Source: Candidatus Caldarchaeum sp. (GTDB taxonomy: Archaea; Thermoproteota; Nitrososphaeria_A; Caldarchaeales; Caldarchaeaceae). From it: a DNA stretch of 64,000 bases. The notes under the pieces are model-generated. The model made no database searches, was not told the DNA's origin, and saw only the letters and a program-made list of their open reading frames with translations. Each line of letters begins with the position of its first letter. Position 1 is the stretch's first letter. The stretch is taken from the NCBI GenBank assembly GCA_038844785.1, contig JAWBRA010000002.1:1-64000 (forward strand), given 5' to 3'. A program made the translations under genes and the position numbers. Positions 1-9,576 of this stretch are shown piece after piece.

Positions 1-626
1 ATGAGTTTTTGGCGTTTGCTGTATCTTTCGTGGTTGAGGCCTATGGTGTTTACGAGTACGTCGAGCCATTCGTCGAAGGTGAAGGCTGTTCTCGCTTCTT
101 TGAGGATTGCTGGGTCTGAGACAGGGCTTTGGAAGGGTGTGAAGCTTGTTACTAGGATTGGTGTTAGGATTGGGTCGCCTTTTATGTCGCGTGGCACGAG
201 TTCAGGCGTGTACTGGATTTTCGCCAGCCCCCACATGCCTGTTACGAGGAGGTTTTCGTAGCTGTCTATGACTGGTTTTGCTATCATGGCGTCTCGTACT
301 CCGAGGTTCATCAGGTGTGTTCTGTAATGGCCTATGGTTACGTCTGTTTCGACTTTGATTTCGTCTATGAGCTGGGTTTCTTGGCCGTTCATGGTTTCGT
401 GTAGGACTTTGTCTTTTTCCCTTGCTTCTCTGTAGTGTGTTGAGATGAATTTGCTGAGTTCTGCGGCGTAGTTGGCTGGGCCGTGTTGTTTGATGAATTC
501 GCTGACCAGGTATTCTACTACGTATCTGGGGAGCATGGCGTATTCTTTTGTTGATGCGAGGTGTTTGTTGGTGGCTAGGTCGCCGAGGAGGAGCTGGATT
601 TTTCGGAAGAGTTCGTGGGATGTCAT
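1..626 (-). CDS. brxL: BREX Lon-like/AAA protein BrxL homologue, N-terminal part (runs off the window)
   Basis: Manual translation from ATG at 626: MTSHELFRKIQLLLGDLATNK...LPRYVVEYLV...YENLLVTGMWG...FTPFQ...ARTAFTFDEWLDVLVNTIGLN, matching the BrxL N-terminal pattern (PxYVxEYL, LLxGGxWG, RxxFTxxEWxDvL). Open to position 1; TGATG overlap with the upstream gene. Confidence 0.85.
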   Translation of the reverse strand, partial: MTSHELFRKIQLLLGDLATNKHLASTKEYAMLPRYVVEYLVSEFIKQHGPANYAAELSKFISTHYREAREKDKVLHETMNGQETQLIDEIKVETDVTIGHYRTHLMNLGVRDAMIAKPVIDSYENLLVTGMWGLAKIQYTPELVPRDIKGDPILTPILVTSFTPFQSPVSDPAILKEARTAFTFDEWLDVLVNTIGLNHERYSKRQKL

Positions 627-3600
627 CAGGCTCTAAACCTCCTTGGCTGTGCTACGGTGAGCTGGATTGTTTCTTTTTTGATTGTTTTTCCGTTGAGTGT
701 TAGCTGGTATTCTATGTTGTAGATGCCTTGGGGGAGTGGTTTTAGGGGGATTTCGATGAAGTGCTCGCCTTGTTCTATTTCTTTTATTATTTGTTGTTGG
801 TTTGGGAGGTGGAGGGTGAGCTGGAGTTTTTCTGTGTGGGGGTTTATTACTGTGAGGGTTATGATGTCTTCGGTGTTGGGTGTGAGGGTTGTTTTCGTAA
901 ATGTGATGGTTGGCTCTTCAGGTTTCTCGAGTTCTTCTTCAACGTCTTCCATGACTTCTTCTCCAGCCAGAATGTTATACAGTTTCCTAATCTCGGCAAG
1001 CTCATCCTCAGAAATACCATACATCTCGGCAACAGTGATATCTAATTCGTCTTCAAGCTCTGAGAAAGAAGTTTCTCCCTGCGAATTTTTCACAAGTTCG
1101 TGAAGTTTTCTAGCAAGCATAGATATTTTCTTATGTATTTCGTTATGCGGGTTGAATTGAGGAATCAGAATGTTCTCTATGTCTCTCACTGTTATATATG
1201 CGCCGTAGTAAGCCAGTATTGTTGAATTAATTATTCCTGCTAGATAGTGTGCTTCATCTACGTTTTTGGTGGGAATTAAAACTACCGTATGTTCAGGTAT
1301 GGGTGTTATTCGTCCAAGGTATGCGTCGTCTACGGGTTCAACAACTGCTGCATGGAAGCCTCCTGCTTTCATTCTTGCAGAAACCTCTTTCCACACAACT
1401 TTGTATGGTTTAAAGGTATAGGCCCCAATATCGTAAACGGAGTAGAAGGGATTACCCCTACCCCATAGTCTATGTATTGACCTGTTCTCAAGCTCTTTCT
1501 GGTAATGCCTTAGAAAATCATAGGTTAATGGTTGTTTCATTTTTAATTCTTTCTCTGATATGGGACCGCCGGTTTTGGGGTTATGCGGTACAACCACATA
1601 CCTGTCATTGAATTCTACTCGCCATTTTTTCACGTCTCTTCCCCTAATCAGTGGATAGACCAGGTCAGGCTCTATCTTTGCTGTAATCTGTTTGACGGAT
1701 TTTTTCTGACCACTTTCAGGCGGGTTGGTTATGATGAGGTTTCCGTCTTTATCCTTGTCCAGAACTTTAACAAAATAAATTTGATTAAATCCAGGATATA
1801 CACCTGCGTAGGCTCTATATTCTGATTTCCCTAAGACCTTTCTGATAGCGTTAAGAGCCTTCGGTGTTGTCTGCATCCATGAACTCCCCGGGTCGTTAGC
1901 TTTTAGCGGCACTATCAACATTTCATACCTTTCAGTCAAACGCAGCACTTCGTCAAGCGAGGCATCGGTCGGCATGGGTCCTCTACGCCTGTTAACCCAA
2001 ACAACATGCCTAAACTCATAAAGCCGACTAACAGCCGACTCGCTCATTGGCTTCTCAGCAACCAAGGCCGCCGTTCTGTTGACAGCTCCCTCGAACGGAT
2101 AAAGCGTAACCAAGTCATGAACAACAACTATCCTGCAGGTGTTGGCTATTTTAGTCCTGAAACCCGCTCCCGCCTGAGTCTTAAACAACGTGAAAGGCAC
2201 CAGAAAGCCGTGAACACCTCCCTCTCTCAAGTAGAGGTCAAAACACCTAACGAAGAAGAGCATAGCCATATCCCTCTTAACCTTGCCCAAACCCATACCA
2301 CCCCTAATCTTAACAAGCCCATAATCCATCCAGAGCTTTTTGCTAGCCTCCCTGTAAGACTCCGGCAGGTTCTCCCAGTTAATCCACGGCGGGTTGCCTA
2401 CAACGTAGTCAAACCTCCCCTTCAAAATGGGTGCAAACGCGTTCCTAACTATTGAAACCCAGACATGGTTCTTCCCCTCGACCTCAAGCTTCAGAAAAAC
2501 ATCAAAAAGCTCACCCAAAATCTGCAAATCTTCATCGGCCAGGTTAAACCTGCCCGCCAAAAGGCCTTTGAACTCCTTGACAGTATATCTATTGGCGACG
2601 GATGTCTTAAGAACGGACAAAACATCCGTAAGAAGACCTCGGTCAACCACCGACCTCGGAATCTTAAACACCCCAACACTAGTCCGCAGAACATACACCT
2701 GACCGTAAAGGTCGGCTGCTGATTCGATTAGAAGGGAGTCCGCAAGATAAACAGGAAGCTCTACAGGCCCCCTTGCATAACCCAGCAAGTCACCAATACT
2801 CAAAAGATAGTTCGTCCGAGCCGCCAAAACAGCCAACGGATTCAAATCATACCCCACAACGTTGGCGAGAACATAGCTGACAAGCTGGTCAGTCAAATAA
2901 TGGTTCTCAGCATACTCCCTCAACCTCTTAAGGTAAAGGATGAGAAAAGTCCCGGAACCGCAAGCAGGGTCCAAAACCCTCAACTCCAACGGCATTAAAG
3001 GATTCTCAGAACCCATCTCCTCAAACCTATCCACGGTAAGCCCCATCTCATTCAGCAAGAGCTCCGCAAGCCAGTCAGGCGTGTAGAACTCACCCAGCTT
3101 ATGGCGGACATCACGCGGGATAAGGGACTGGTAAAGCCTCTTCAACAGGTCCCTAGTCGTTTCAGGCTCAAGATGCGGTGTGGCAGGCTCATAATCACCA
3201 AGCCTCCTAGCCACCTCAGCCACAGCATCGCCCAAATCACGGTCAAGAACATCCAAATACCATGAAAAATAGTCCCCTTCAACAAAGTTAACAATGTTCA
3301 AGAGCCTTGAGAAAACACCCCCTTCTTCAAGCTCCCTCAAAACCTCTCTCAACCCATCCACACCGCCTGACATGTAGGCGTTCTCCAACTCCCCCACATA
3401 CGACCTCAACCACTTACCCCCACCATACAGGTATGCGATCTCAGCAGCCAGCAACTTCATAACCAAGCCATAATACGTGTGAAGCGAGAAAAGCAGAGCA
3501 TTGTAATCAACTTGTTTAGGAAGCCCGTAATCCTCTACAATCTCCTTTAACTCCTTCAGCTTTGCCTGGGAGTAGCCAGTGGTCTGAGAGAAAAGCCTCA

Positions 3601-4210
3601 GCCAATCGTCAAACAAAGCCCTAACCCTCCCCGATTTGCTGGCCTTCAGCCTCTCGTACAACAGCTTGACAAGCTTCCTCGCCGCATCCGACTGAGGCCC
3701 AAAATCCCTCACCAAAGAATCAACATCAAGCCTTTTCCTCTGAAGACCGCGGAGAGCCTCAACAAGCTTGATGACGGTTTCACGGTTTATCTCATAAGGC
3801 CCCCTCAAAACCCACCTATCCCCAGAGGCCCTAGGGTCATACCTCAAAAAAGCTATACGGTCGCCCAGAATAATCCCCAGAAAATACCGAAACCTATCCT
3901 CTACACCAGCCTCCTGCACGATGTAGTTTACCAGCTGCTCCTTAGCCTTAGAAACATCAGCTTTGCTGGACAGCTTACCGGGAGCTTTATACTCAATCAA
4001 GACATGGCCGTACAGAGCATCAACCTTAACGCCCGATACCAGTGTATACTCATACTTCCCCACCTGCGTTATGCCCAGAGGCTTCAAAACCTTCTGCTCG
4101 ATAACGCCCGAAACACGCAGCCTCAAATCCTCCTCCGTCTGAGCGATGTTCACAGCCTGCCTAATGCTCGACAGCACATCATCCAAGTCAACATACCCAG
4201 CTCCAGACAC
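626..4210 (-). CDS. Type IIG-like restriction-modification enzyme (N-terminal nuclease, N6-adenine MTase, TRD) with extra C-terminal beta-rich domain
   Basis: 1194 aa; KVDALYGHVLIEYK (PD-(D/E)xK), GEFYTP, VLDPACGSGTF (motif I), VVGNPPW (motif IV), TaqI-C-like YKVVWKE region; C-terminal ~95 aa after an acidic linker. Confidence 0.9.
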   Translation of the reverse strand: MSGAGYVDLDDVLSSIRQAVNIAQTEEDLRLRVSGVIEQKVLKPLGITQVGKYEYTLVSGVKVDALYGHVLIEYKAPGKLSSKADVSKAKEQLVNYIVQEAGVEDRFRYFLGIILGDRIAFLRYDPRASGDRWVLRGPYEINRETVIKLVEALRGLQRKRLDVDSLVRDFGPQSDAARKLVKLLYERLKASKSGRVRALFDDWLRLFSQTTGYSQAKLKELKEIVEDYGLPKQVDYNALLFSLHTYYGLVMKLLAAEIAYLYGGGKWLRSYVGELENAYMSGGVDGLREVLRELEEGGVFSRLLNIVNFVEGDYFSWYLDVLDRDLGDAVAEVARRLGDYEPATPHLEPETTRDLLKRLYQSLIPRDVRHKLGEFYTPDWLAELLLNEMGLTVDRFEEMGSENPLMPLELRVLDPACGSGTFLILYLKRLREYAENHYLTDQLVSYVLANVVGYDLNPLAVLAARTNYLLSIGDLLGYARGPVELPVYLADSLLIESAADLYGQVYVLRTSVGVFKIPRSVVDRGLLTDVLSVLKTSVANRYTVKEFKGLLAGRFNLADEDLQILGELFDVFLKLEVEGKNHVWVSIVRNAFAPILKGRFDYVVGNPPWINWENLPESYREASKKLWMDYGLVKIRGGMGLGKVKRDMAMLFFVRCFDLYLREGGVHGFLVPFTLFKTQAGAGFRTKIANTCRIVVVHDLVTLYPFEGAVNRTAALVAEKPMSESAVSRLYEFRHVVWVNRRRGPMPTDASLDEVLRLTERYEMLIVPLKANDPGSSWMQTTPKALNAIRKVLGKSEYRAYAGVYPGFNQIYFVKVLDKDKDGNLIITNPPESGQKKSVKQITAKIEPDLVYPLIRGRDVKKWRVEFNDRYVVVPHNPKTGGPISEKELKMKQPLTYDFLRHYQKELENRSIHRLWGRGNPFYSVYDIGAYTFKPYKVVWKEVSARMKAGGFHAAVVEPVDDAYLGRITPIPEHTVVLIPTKNVDEAHYLAGIINSTILAYYGAYITVRDIENILIPQFNPHNEIHKKISMLARKLHELVKNSQGETSFSELEDELDITVAEMYGISEDELAEIRKLYNILAGEEVMEDVEEELEKPEEPTITFTKTTLTPNTEDIITLTVINPHTEKLQLTLHLPNQQQIIKEIEQGEHFIEIPLKPLPQGIYNIEYQLTLNGKTIKKETIQLTVAQPRRFRA

Positions 4211-4267
4211 GGCAGATCAACCAGAAACCCATAGTTAAAATTTGCTACTTCTCGAAGCCGGAAACAT

Positions 4268-5017
4268 CTACCTGCGGCTTGACTTAATGCTTTTTATTAT
4301 GCCGGGGAGTTTTTCCAAGCTCTTTTCCACCGCTGTGCCTGTAACCACGATGTCAGCCCCGGCTTCCGACACCATGGCAGCGTCCTCAGCCGTCTTGATT
4401 CCACCGCCGACGATCACGGGGATTTCGACGGACTGTTTCACGGCTTTGATGGTTGATGGCGGAAGCGGAGCCGCCGACCCGGAGCCAGCCTCGAGATAAA
4501 GGAAACGCATGCCGAGGTACTGTGCGGCCAACCCATAGCATACAGCTACTTCACGGTGGCTTGGCGAGAGGGGTAGAACACGGCCCATCGCCGCCACGGT
4601 GCTTTCATGGCCGAAAACCACGTAGCCCATGGGAATGGCCTCCAAGCCGAAAGCCTTCACAGTCAAAGCACCCTGAAGCTGCGCCCCAACAATATAGTAC
4701 CAGTCAACGCTGTTCAGCAAACTCATAAACCAGATGGCGTCGGCGTAGCGGGAAATCGACTGAACGTTGTTGGGAAAAATTATGACAGGCAGCTTCGTCA
4801 TGCTCTTAATCTTCTGGACATAGGTGTCGAGCTGCTCCTGAGTATGGACAGTCGAGCCGCCAACCATGATGGCGTCGGAGCCCAGCTCCTCAACAAGACG
4901 GGCCAGCTCCCCCGCTTGGTCAAGCCCCACGCTAACAGGGTCTATCAACGTTATGTGAAGCCTTTCACCCGCCTCCAGTTTTGAGACAAGATACCTTTCA
5001 ACCCGACCCCGTTTCAA
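4268..5017 (-). CDS. Geranylgeranylglyceryl phosphate synthase
   Basis: HITLIDP, AIMVGGST, YLEAGSG, VGGGI, VTGT motifs. Confidence 0.95.
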   Translation of the reverse strand: MKRGRVERYLVSKLEAGERLHITLIDPVSVGLDQAGELARLVEELGSDAIMVGGSTVHTQEQLDTYVQKIKSMTKLPVIIFPNNVQSISRYADAIWFMSLLNSVDWYYIVGAQLQGALTVKAFGLEAIPMGYVVFGHESTVAAMGRVLPLSPSHREVAVCYGLAAQYLGMRFLYLEAGSGSAAPLPPSTIKAVKQSVEIPVIVGGGIKTAEDAAMVSEAGADIVVTGTAVEKSLEKLPGIIKSIKSSRR

Positions 5018-5255
5018 CAGCCCTCTCTCCCCTCAAAACCTTATCATACCACTTGGTGTATGCGTCGACCGTGCTGTAGGCAGGATACCAGGGAACCTCG
5101 GCAGAAACACTGCAGTTACCGCAGGAAACCAGCGCAGTCTCGCTGCCTTTCTCGTGCTGAACAGTAACCGCCATCGCACCGCACAACGGACACGAGAAGA
5201 TGTTAGGGAAAGGCTTGGGAGTTTTCTTGATGATTCTCCTCCTCTTCCTACCCAT
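4998..5255 (-). CDS. elf1: Transcription elongation factor Elf1
   Basis: MGRKRRR basic N-terminus, FSCPLC...CGNC zinc ribbon, VDAYTKWYD. Confidence 0.9.
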   Translation of the reverse strand: MGRKRRRIIKKTPKPFPNIFSCPLCGAMAVTVQHEKGSETALVSCGNCSVSAEVPWYPAYSTVDAYTKWYDKVLRGERAVETGSG

Positions 5256-5284
5256 CCACCGTCAAGGAAAACTTAACATATCTG

Positions 5285-5932
5285 ATGGATTTAAACCCGA
5301 TTGAGATGCCGGTCCCCAGTCCCTTTCTCGGCAGGCAGGTAAGGATAGCTGTCCTAACATCCGACATGAAGCTTGCAAGAAACGTCGTGGAAGAGGTCGT
5401 GAGAAGGGGTTTAAAAGCAGACCACGTAACCAACCCAGGAGACATACCTTTAGCCGCGAAAGCAGTAGTCGTGAAAAAAGGCGAGTTTAAAGAGATAGCG
5501 TACGGAAACCCCATCTACGCCGACGAATACAGCTCCCCAAAAGCCATAGTCGACAGAGCCATTGAAGTAGCCTACTCAAAGGATAAAATCAGAAAAGTAG
5601 TGGTTGCCGTAGACCCGGGGAAAACCATGGGCGTTGCATTTCTAGCAGACAACATTCTACTGCGAATGGAGTCGTACACAGACTACAAACACCTTACATC
5701 CAGCGTCTCCGAGTTCTTCAAAAACCATCCAAACTCGAAACAAGCAGTCATAATAGGCTCAGGCGCACCAGAATTCCGTGAAAAACTCCTCAAAACACTC
5801 CTCTCCAAAACCTCATCCATCAACCCCGAAATCATCCACAGCGTTCCAGAGAAAAACACCACTAAGCTGGCGAAAGGCTGGGACGAGGCCGCAGCAGCAT
5901 TGTTGCTGAGAAGACATGGCAAGAAGGGTTGA
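5285..5932 (+). CDS. Hypothetical protein with RNase H-like (YqgF-like) domain
   Basis: VAVDPGKTMGVA, IIGSGA, VPEKNTT, DEAAAA motifs. Confidence 0.65.
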   Translation: MDLNPIEMPVPSPFLGRQVRIAVLTSDMKLARNVVEEVVRRGLKADHVTNPGDIPLAAKAVVVKKGEFKEIAYGNPIYADEYSSPKAIVDRAIEVAYSKDKIRKVVVAVDPGKTMGVAFLADNILLRMESYTDYKHLTSSVSEFFKNHPNSKQAVIIGSGAPEFREKLLKTLLSKTSSINPEIIHSVPEKNTTKLAKGWDEAAAALLLRRHGKKG

Positions 5933-5935
5933 GGG

Positions 5936-7075
5936 ATGGAGCTGCAGGCAGGAAAAACACTGCTTGTTGACGGGCCGGCAACAGTCACAATCCTCGACGG
6001 CAAAGCATCCATCTTCAACTGCCCCCTAACACCACGCAAACCCTACCTCCTACGCCCATGGCGACGCTACCCCATCCTAGCTGAGACAAACACAACAATA
6101 CAGCTAAGCTTAGGTGAAGACGCTGCAGCAAACATAGTGGAAGGGGACGAATCAACCGACGCATGGCTAGGCTACATCGACAGCTTAACCGAAAACGACG
6201 TGACGGCGGTTCTAGGCGGGATAGACACGGGTAAAACAGCCTTCGCCACAACCACTGTCAACACGTTAGTAAAGAAATACGGGAGGTGCTGCGTGATAAG
6301 CCTAGACCCCGGGCAGACATATTTCACACCACCCACAGTCATAGGCGCCGCAGTGGCGGAGAAACCTGTACACGACCTATCCCTGCTAAAACCCTTCTGG
6401 CAAAAGCCAGTGGGCTCCACCTCGGCAGCTGGCACGGCATCGCTCATCATCGACGCAGTTGAAGAACTATCCAAGACAACGCCGTCAGTAGTTGACATGG
6501 ACGGATGGGTTGAAGGGCCGGCAGCCATAGCTCACAAAACAATCCTTCTAAAAACCCTGGCATGCACCAAGGCCGTTCTTCTCGGAGAAGATATCCAAAC
6601 CCTAAAAGAACAGCTGGACACGGCAGGCATCCCGCTCAAACCACTCAGCACATCCAAGCACATAAAAAAACGAGACGTTTCAGACAGGAAAAAGATAAGG
6701 GAATGGGTGTTCCGAAAGTTTCTTGGACAACCAACCTTAAAAATGATACCAACCTCATGGGTTCAGCTAAAAGTCTTGGGCTCAACCCACTCGACAGCCT
6801 ATGATTTTTTCAGGGAGGCGGTGAAATCAGCCAGCAATGCTTTAAAGCTGCCTGAAGACAGGGACGAAAACGTTTTGTGCAGAAGGAGAATAGGTCTGAT
6901 AGCCTATCTATACAGCTCTGCGGAAAGCTACCTAGGAATCGGAGTATTCTGCGGCTTCGACCCCAGCAAAAACGTTGTAAAAATCCTCTCCTCAACCGAG
7001 GCTGATATACGGAAGATTGTGCTCGGCAAACTGTTCATCTCAGCCGAGGGCGATGAAGAATTTTTGCTAGATTAG
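5936..7075 (+). CDS. Clp1/Grc3/Nol9-family polynucleotide 5'-kinase
   Basis: GGIDTGKT P-loop, DPGQ, VVDMDGWV; N-terminal GKTLLVDGPA domain. Confidence 0.85.
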   Translation: MELQAGKTLLVDGPATVTILDGKASIFNCPLTPRKPYLLRPWRRYPILAETNTTIQLSLGEDAAANIVEGDESTDAWLGYIDSLTENDVTAVLGGIDTGKTAFATTTVNTLVKKYGRCCVISLDPGQTYFTPPTVIGAAVAEKPVHDLSLLKPFWQKPVGSTSAAGTASLIIDAVEELSKTTPSVVDMDGWVEGPAAIAHKTILLKTLACTKAVLLGEDIQTLKEQLDTAGIPLKPLSTSKHIKKRDVSDRKKIREWVFRKFLGQPTLKMIPTSWVQLKVLGSTHSTAYDFFREAVKSASNALKLPEDRDENVLCRRRIGLIAYLYSSAESYLGIGVFCGFDPSKNVVKILSSTEADIRKIVLGKLFISAEGDEEFLLD

Positions 7076-7615
7076 TTTAACAGGTCTTACGATGTTTTTT
7101 CTAACAAGGGCTGCGACGTTTCCAGCGTAGACCGCCGCCACATCACCTGCTTTAAAAGGCCCGTAGCTGTTCAAATCCTCTCCCACAAACCTTGGAAAAT
7201 CTTTAAGAAAGATAACAACCTCATACCTACGGTCTATCTCTCGTTGAAGCATCCTAGGGTCGTTCAAACCATTCCTAATCATGGCCTCATGCTGGGACAC
7301 CGCCCTCTGGATAACGTTGAAGGTCTTTTTCTCAAAAGGTAAAACGTTTTCCAAAACAGGCTGTTGAAAAGCCATCGCAACTATCTTTTTCATACGGATT
7401 CTAAGCAACGACTCCAAAAGGTTCTGCAGCATCTCAAGCTCCACAGACCTAATCCTAGTGTTTAACGAGTTTTTATCGCTCAGCCTTATCTGCCTTCTTA
7501 TGTACGCGAAGTATTCAGCCAAGTCCTCAAAAAACTCCTCAGGAATGCTCGTGAGCTCCTCGCTTGCTTTTTCTCTACTCCACAGCCCGAGCAACGTCTC
7601 GTAAACCTCTTCCAT
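7067..7615 (-). CDS. DNA replication complex GINS subunit (Gins15/Gins51)
   Basis: Helical A domain with RMKKIV, C-terminal FVGEDLNSYGPFKAGDVA; follows priS. Confidence 0.85.
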   Translation of the reverse strand: MEEVYETLLGLWSREKASEELTSIPEEFFEDLAEYFAYIRRQIRLSDKNSLNTRIRSVELEMLQNLLESLLRIRMKKIVAMAFQQPVLENVLPFEKKTFNVIQRAVSQHEAMIRNGLNDPRMLQREIDRRYEVVIFLKDFPRFVGEDLNSYGPFKAGDVAAVYAGNVAALVRKNIVRPVKLI

Positions 7616-7660
7616 CCAGAGTGGAAACTTACATCCATGCTTTAAACCATGACCCTTCGC

Positions 7661-8908
7661 TCAACGCTTAACCATCATAGCCAAGCCTCTGCATAACAGG
7701 TAAACCGCCACATAAAATGGCAGTCTTACCACTTCATTGTTGTAGGGGCCGTATCTCTCGCCCCCAATCTGGAAAGCAGGGGTTGGAAGAACCCTTATCT
7801 CAATATATTGTTCGCTGTCGAAGACGATGCTGTCTTTTAAAGGGTTGAAGCTGGGGAAATCGTCAAGCTTAACCGTGCAGGCTTTTAGGCCTGTTTTCCC
7901 GTTCAAAGTGTCGGAAAGTCTAAGCAGTCTATGCACATCTGTTGTGACCACCGTATCTATATGCGAGGCCGACTCCTCTATGGCAAACCTCGCCAAAGTC
8001 TCCAGATATGGTGACCGCCTCCCTGTTTTAAGCAAATCCCAGCGGGGGCTGTCTCTCCAATAGCGTGCTAGCTCGGCCATGTTTGACAATTCCTTCGGCT
8101 TCAAATACATCGAAAGCCCATTCTTCACCTCCTCATCACCCGCAGACAGTCTGTCCAGCAAAGAACGGCATCCCCTCGCAATTCTCCCACCCCACCCCGC
8201 ATCCTGAAACCCTGGCCCAGATTTGTCGCCAGCTATGAGAGAAAGACCGTGACGCCGTAACTCAATGTGGGCGCCGGTAATGTACTCCACTATCTCAAGC
8301 CGCGAGGCTCTGTCGAGCTCCATCACTTGTTCGCTGCAGACCGCAAGATGGTATCCTCGGTTGCCTGAAAAGCTGAGAACCATCGCAGAAGTTTCGATGC
8401 CGAAGTCCATGACAAGAAAGTCTACTAGCTTCTCCATCTCCTTTTTCGTCTTACTCAGACATTCGTCACAAACCATCTTTATCTCGACAACATCCTCATT
8501 TCCACATTTTGGACATTTGCCTGTTTTGCTGGCTAAAACAGATCCGCAGCCGCCGCATAGGTAGTAGTCGTGAACCTGTTTGCACCTAGTTTTTAGATGG
8601 TCTGCGTCTATATCGAATATCAGCTCAGCGCCAGTCCAGCCTTTCTCCTCCATCGGCGCCTGTGGATACTGGTAGATGGCGGCTGAACGGTAAACATGTA
8701 GAGGGCCTTCTTTAGCCAGCGTCTTCTTCAGCTCTTCAAAGCTTTTGAAAGCAAGGTGTCTTACCATGATTTTTTGACCGAAAAGCATGTACCCGAACTC
8801 ACGTCTGTCGAAGTGTGTGGGGATGAAAGGGTTGGTGTAATTCTTTTCATAATAGTTTCGGAACATGCGTTGGACGAATGATGCCTCGGCAGGACCTCTA
8901 AAACTCAT
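7661..8908 (-). CDS. priS: DNA primase small subunit with zinc-ribbon insert
   Basis: REFG, ELIFDIDAD, FSGNRGYH, IDTVVTTDVHRLLRL. Confidence 0.95.
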   Translation of the reverse strand: MSFRGPAEASFVQRMFRNYYEKNYTNPFIPTHFDRREFGYMLFGQKIMVRHLAFKSFEELKKTLAKEGPLHVYRSAAIYQYPQAPMEEKGWTGAELIFDIDADHLKTRCKQVHDYYLCGGCGSVLASKTGKCPKCGNEDVVEIKMVCDECLSKTKKEMEKLVDFLVMDFGIETSAMVLSFSGNRGYHLAVCSEQVMELDRASRLEIVEYITGAHIELRRHGLSLIAGDKSGPGFQDAGWGGRIARGCRSLLDRLSAGDEEVKNGLSMYLKPKELSNMAELARYWRDSPRWDLLKTGRRSPYLETLARFAIEESASHIDTVVTTDVHRLLRLSDTLNGKTGLKACTVKLDDFPSFNPLKDSIVFDSEQYIEIRVLPTPAFQIGGERYGPYNNEVVRLPFYVAVYLLCRGLAMMVKR

Positions 8909-9021
8909 CTCTCCCTGCTCATACGGCTATAAACCGCGTAAAGAGCTACAGCAATAAAACCTGCCGCTATGAGCCAATAGGCGCTGCCGTACAAAAGGTC
9001 TATGAACTGTTCCACGCTCAT
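8905..9021 (-). CDS. Small single-pass membrane protein (38 aa)
   Basis: MSVEQFIDLLYGSAYWLIAAGFIAVALYAVYSRMSRER; one hydrophobic helix and basic tail; ATGA overlap with priS; below the ORF-track cutoff. Confidence 0.6.
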   Translation of the reverse strand: MSVEQFIDLLYGSAYWLIAAGFIAVALYAVYSRMSRER

Positions 9022-9095
9022 CTCTTCCACCGCTCCAAAGGCTTGCGACCAATTAAACTTATAAAACCAGACCCGCATCTATTATCCGAGAGCGG

Positions 9096-9503
9096 TTGGA
9101 TAAGATAGACAGCTTCCTATCCAACATACTCAAAACAGTTAATGACTCGGTGCCGAAAAGGGTGGTAAAATACAGGGAGATTGTCGGTTCTGGTGTTTAC
9201 CACGTAGAAACCGTGGGCGGCGGGGTGCATCACTTCGACCCCGAAGAGGTTAGGAAGATAGGCGAAGCGCTGCCGGCTGAGATACTTGACCATCTCCACC
9301 TTCCCTTCATCTTCGTCAAAAACACCGAGCTGGAGGAGTCCGTTTACCTGATCCGGGTGTATGGAAGTGAGGCTGAGGCGTTTCAAAAACTGATGAACGT
9401 CAAAACACTTCCCAGAAGCAGCCGGGGACCCTACACCTACAAACCTCTTGTCGCAGAGTTCATAAACAGGTATCCAAGCCTAGCGGTCATGGGATACCTG
9501 TAA
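9096..9503 (+). CDS. DUF61/UPF0216-like protein
   Basis: VNDSVPK, GVHHFDPEE, LHLPFIF pattern; 135 aa. Confidence 0.65.
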   Translation: MDKIDSFLSNILKTVNDSVPKRVVKYREIVGSGVYHVETVGGGVHHFDPEEVRKIGEALPAEILDHLHLPFIFVKNTELEESVYLIRVYGSEAEAFQKLMNVKTLPRSSRGPYTYKPLVAEFINRYPSLAVMGYL

Positions 9504-9537
9504 AGAGAAAACAATACTGCATATCTTTGTTCCCAGC

Positions 9538-9576
9538 TGGGCCGGGGTGGACTTGAACCGCCGACCTCTGCCTCGT
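9538..9576 (-). tRNA. 3' half of an interrupted tRNA-Val(TAC)
   Basis: Minus strand ACGAGGCAGAGGTCGGCGGTTCAAGTCCACCCCGGCCCA: 3' anticodon stem, T-arm (one C-A mismatch), acceptor CCGGCCC-A complementary to the 5' half at 11724-11763. Confidence 0.85.

Noticed and set aside
1-261. 86-aa plus-strand ORF in the track
   Set aside because: Antisense shadow of the brxL homologue.
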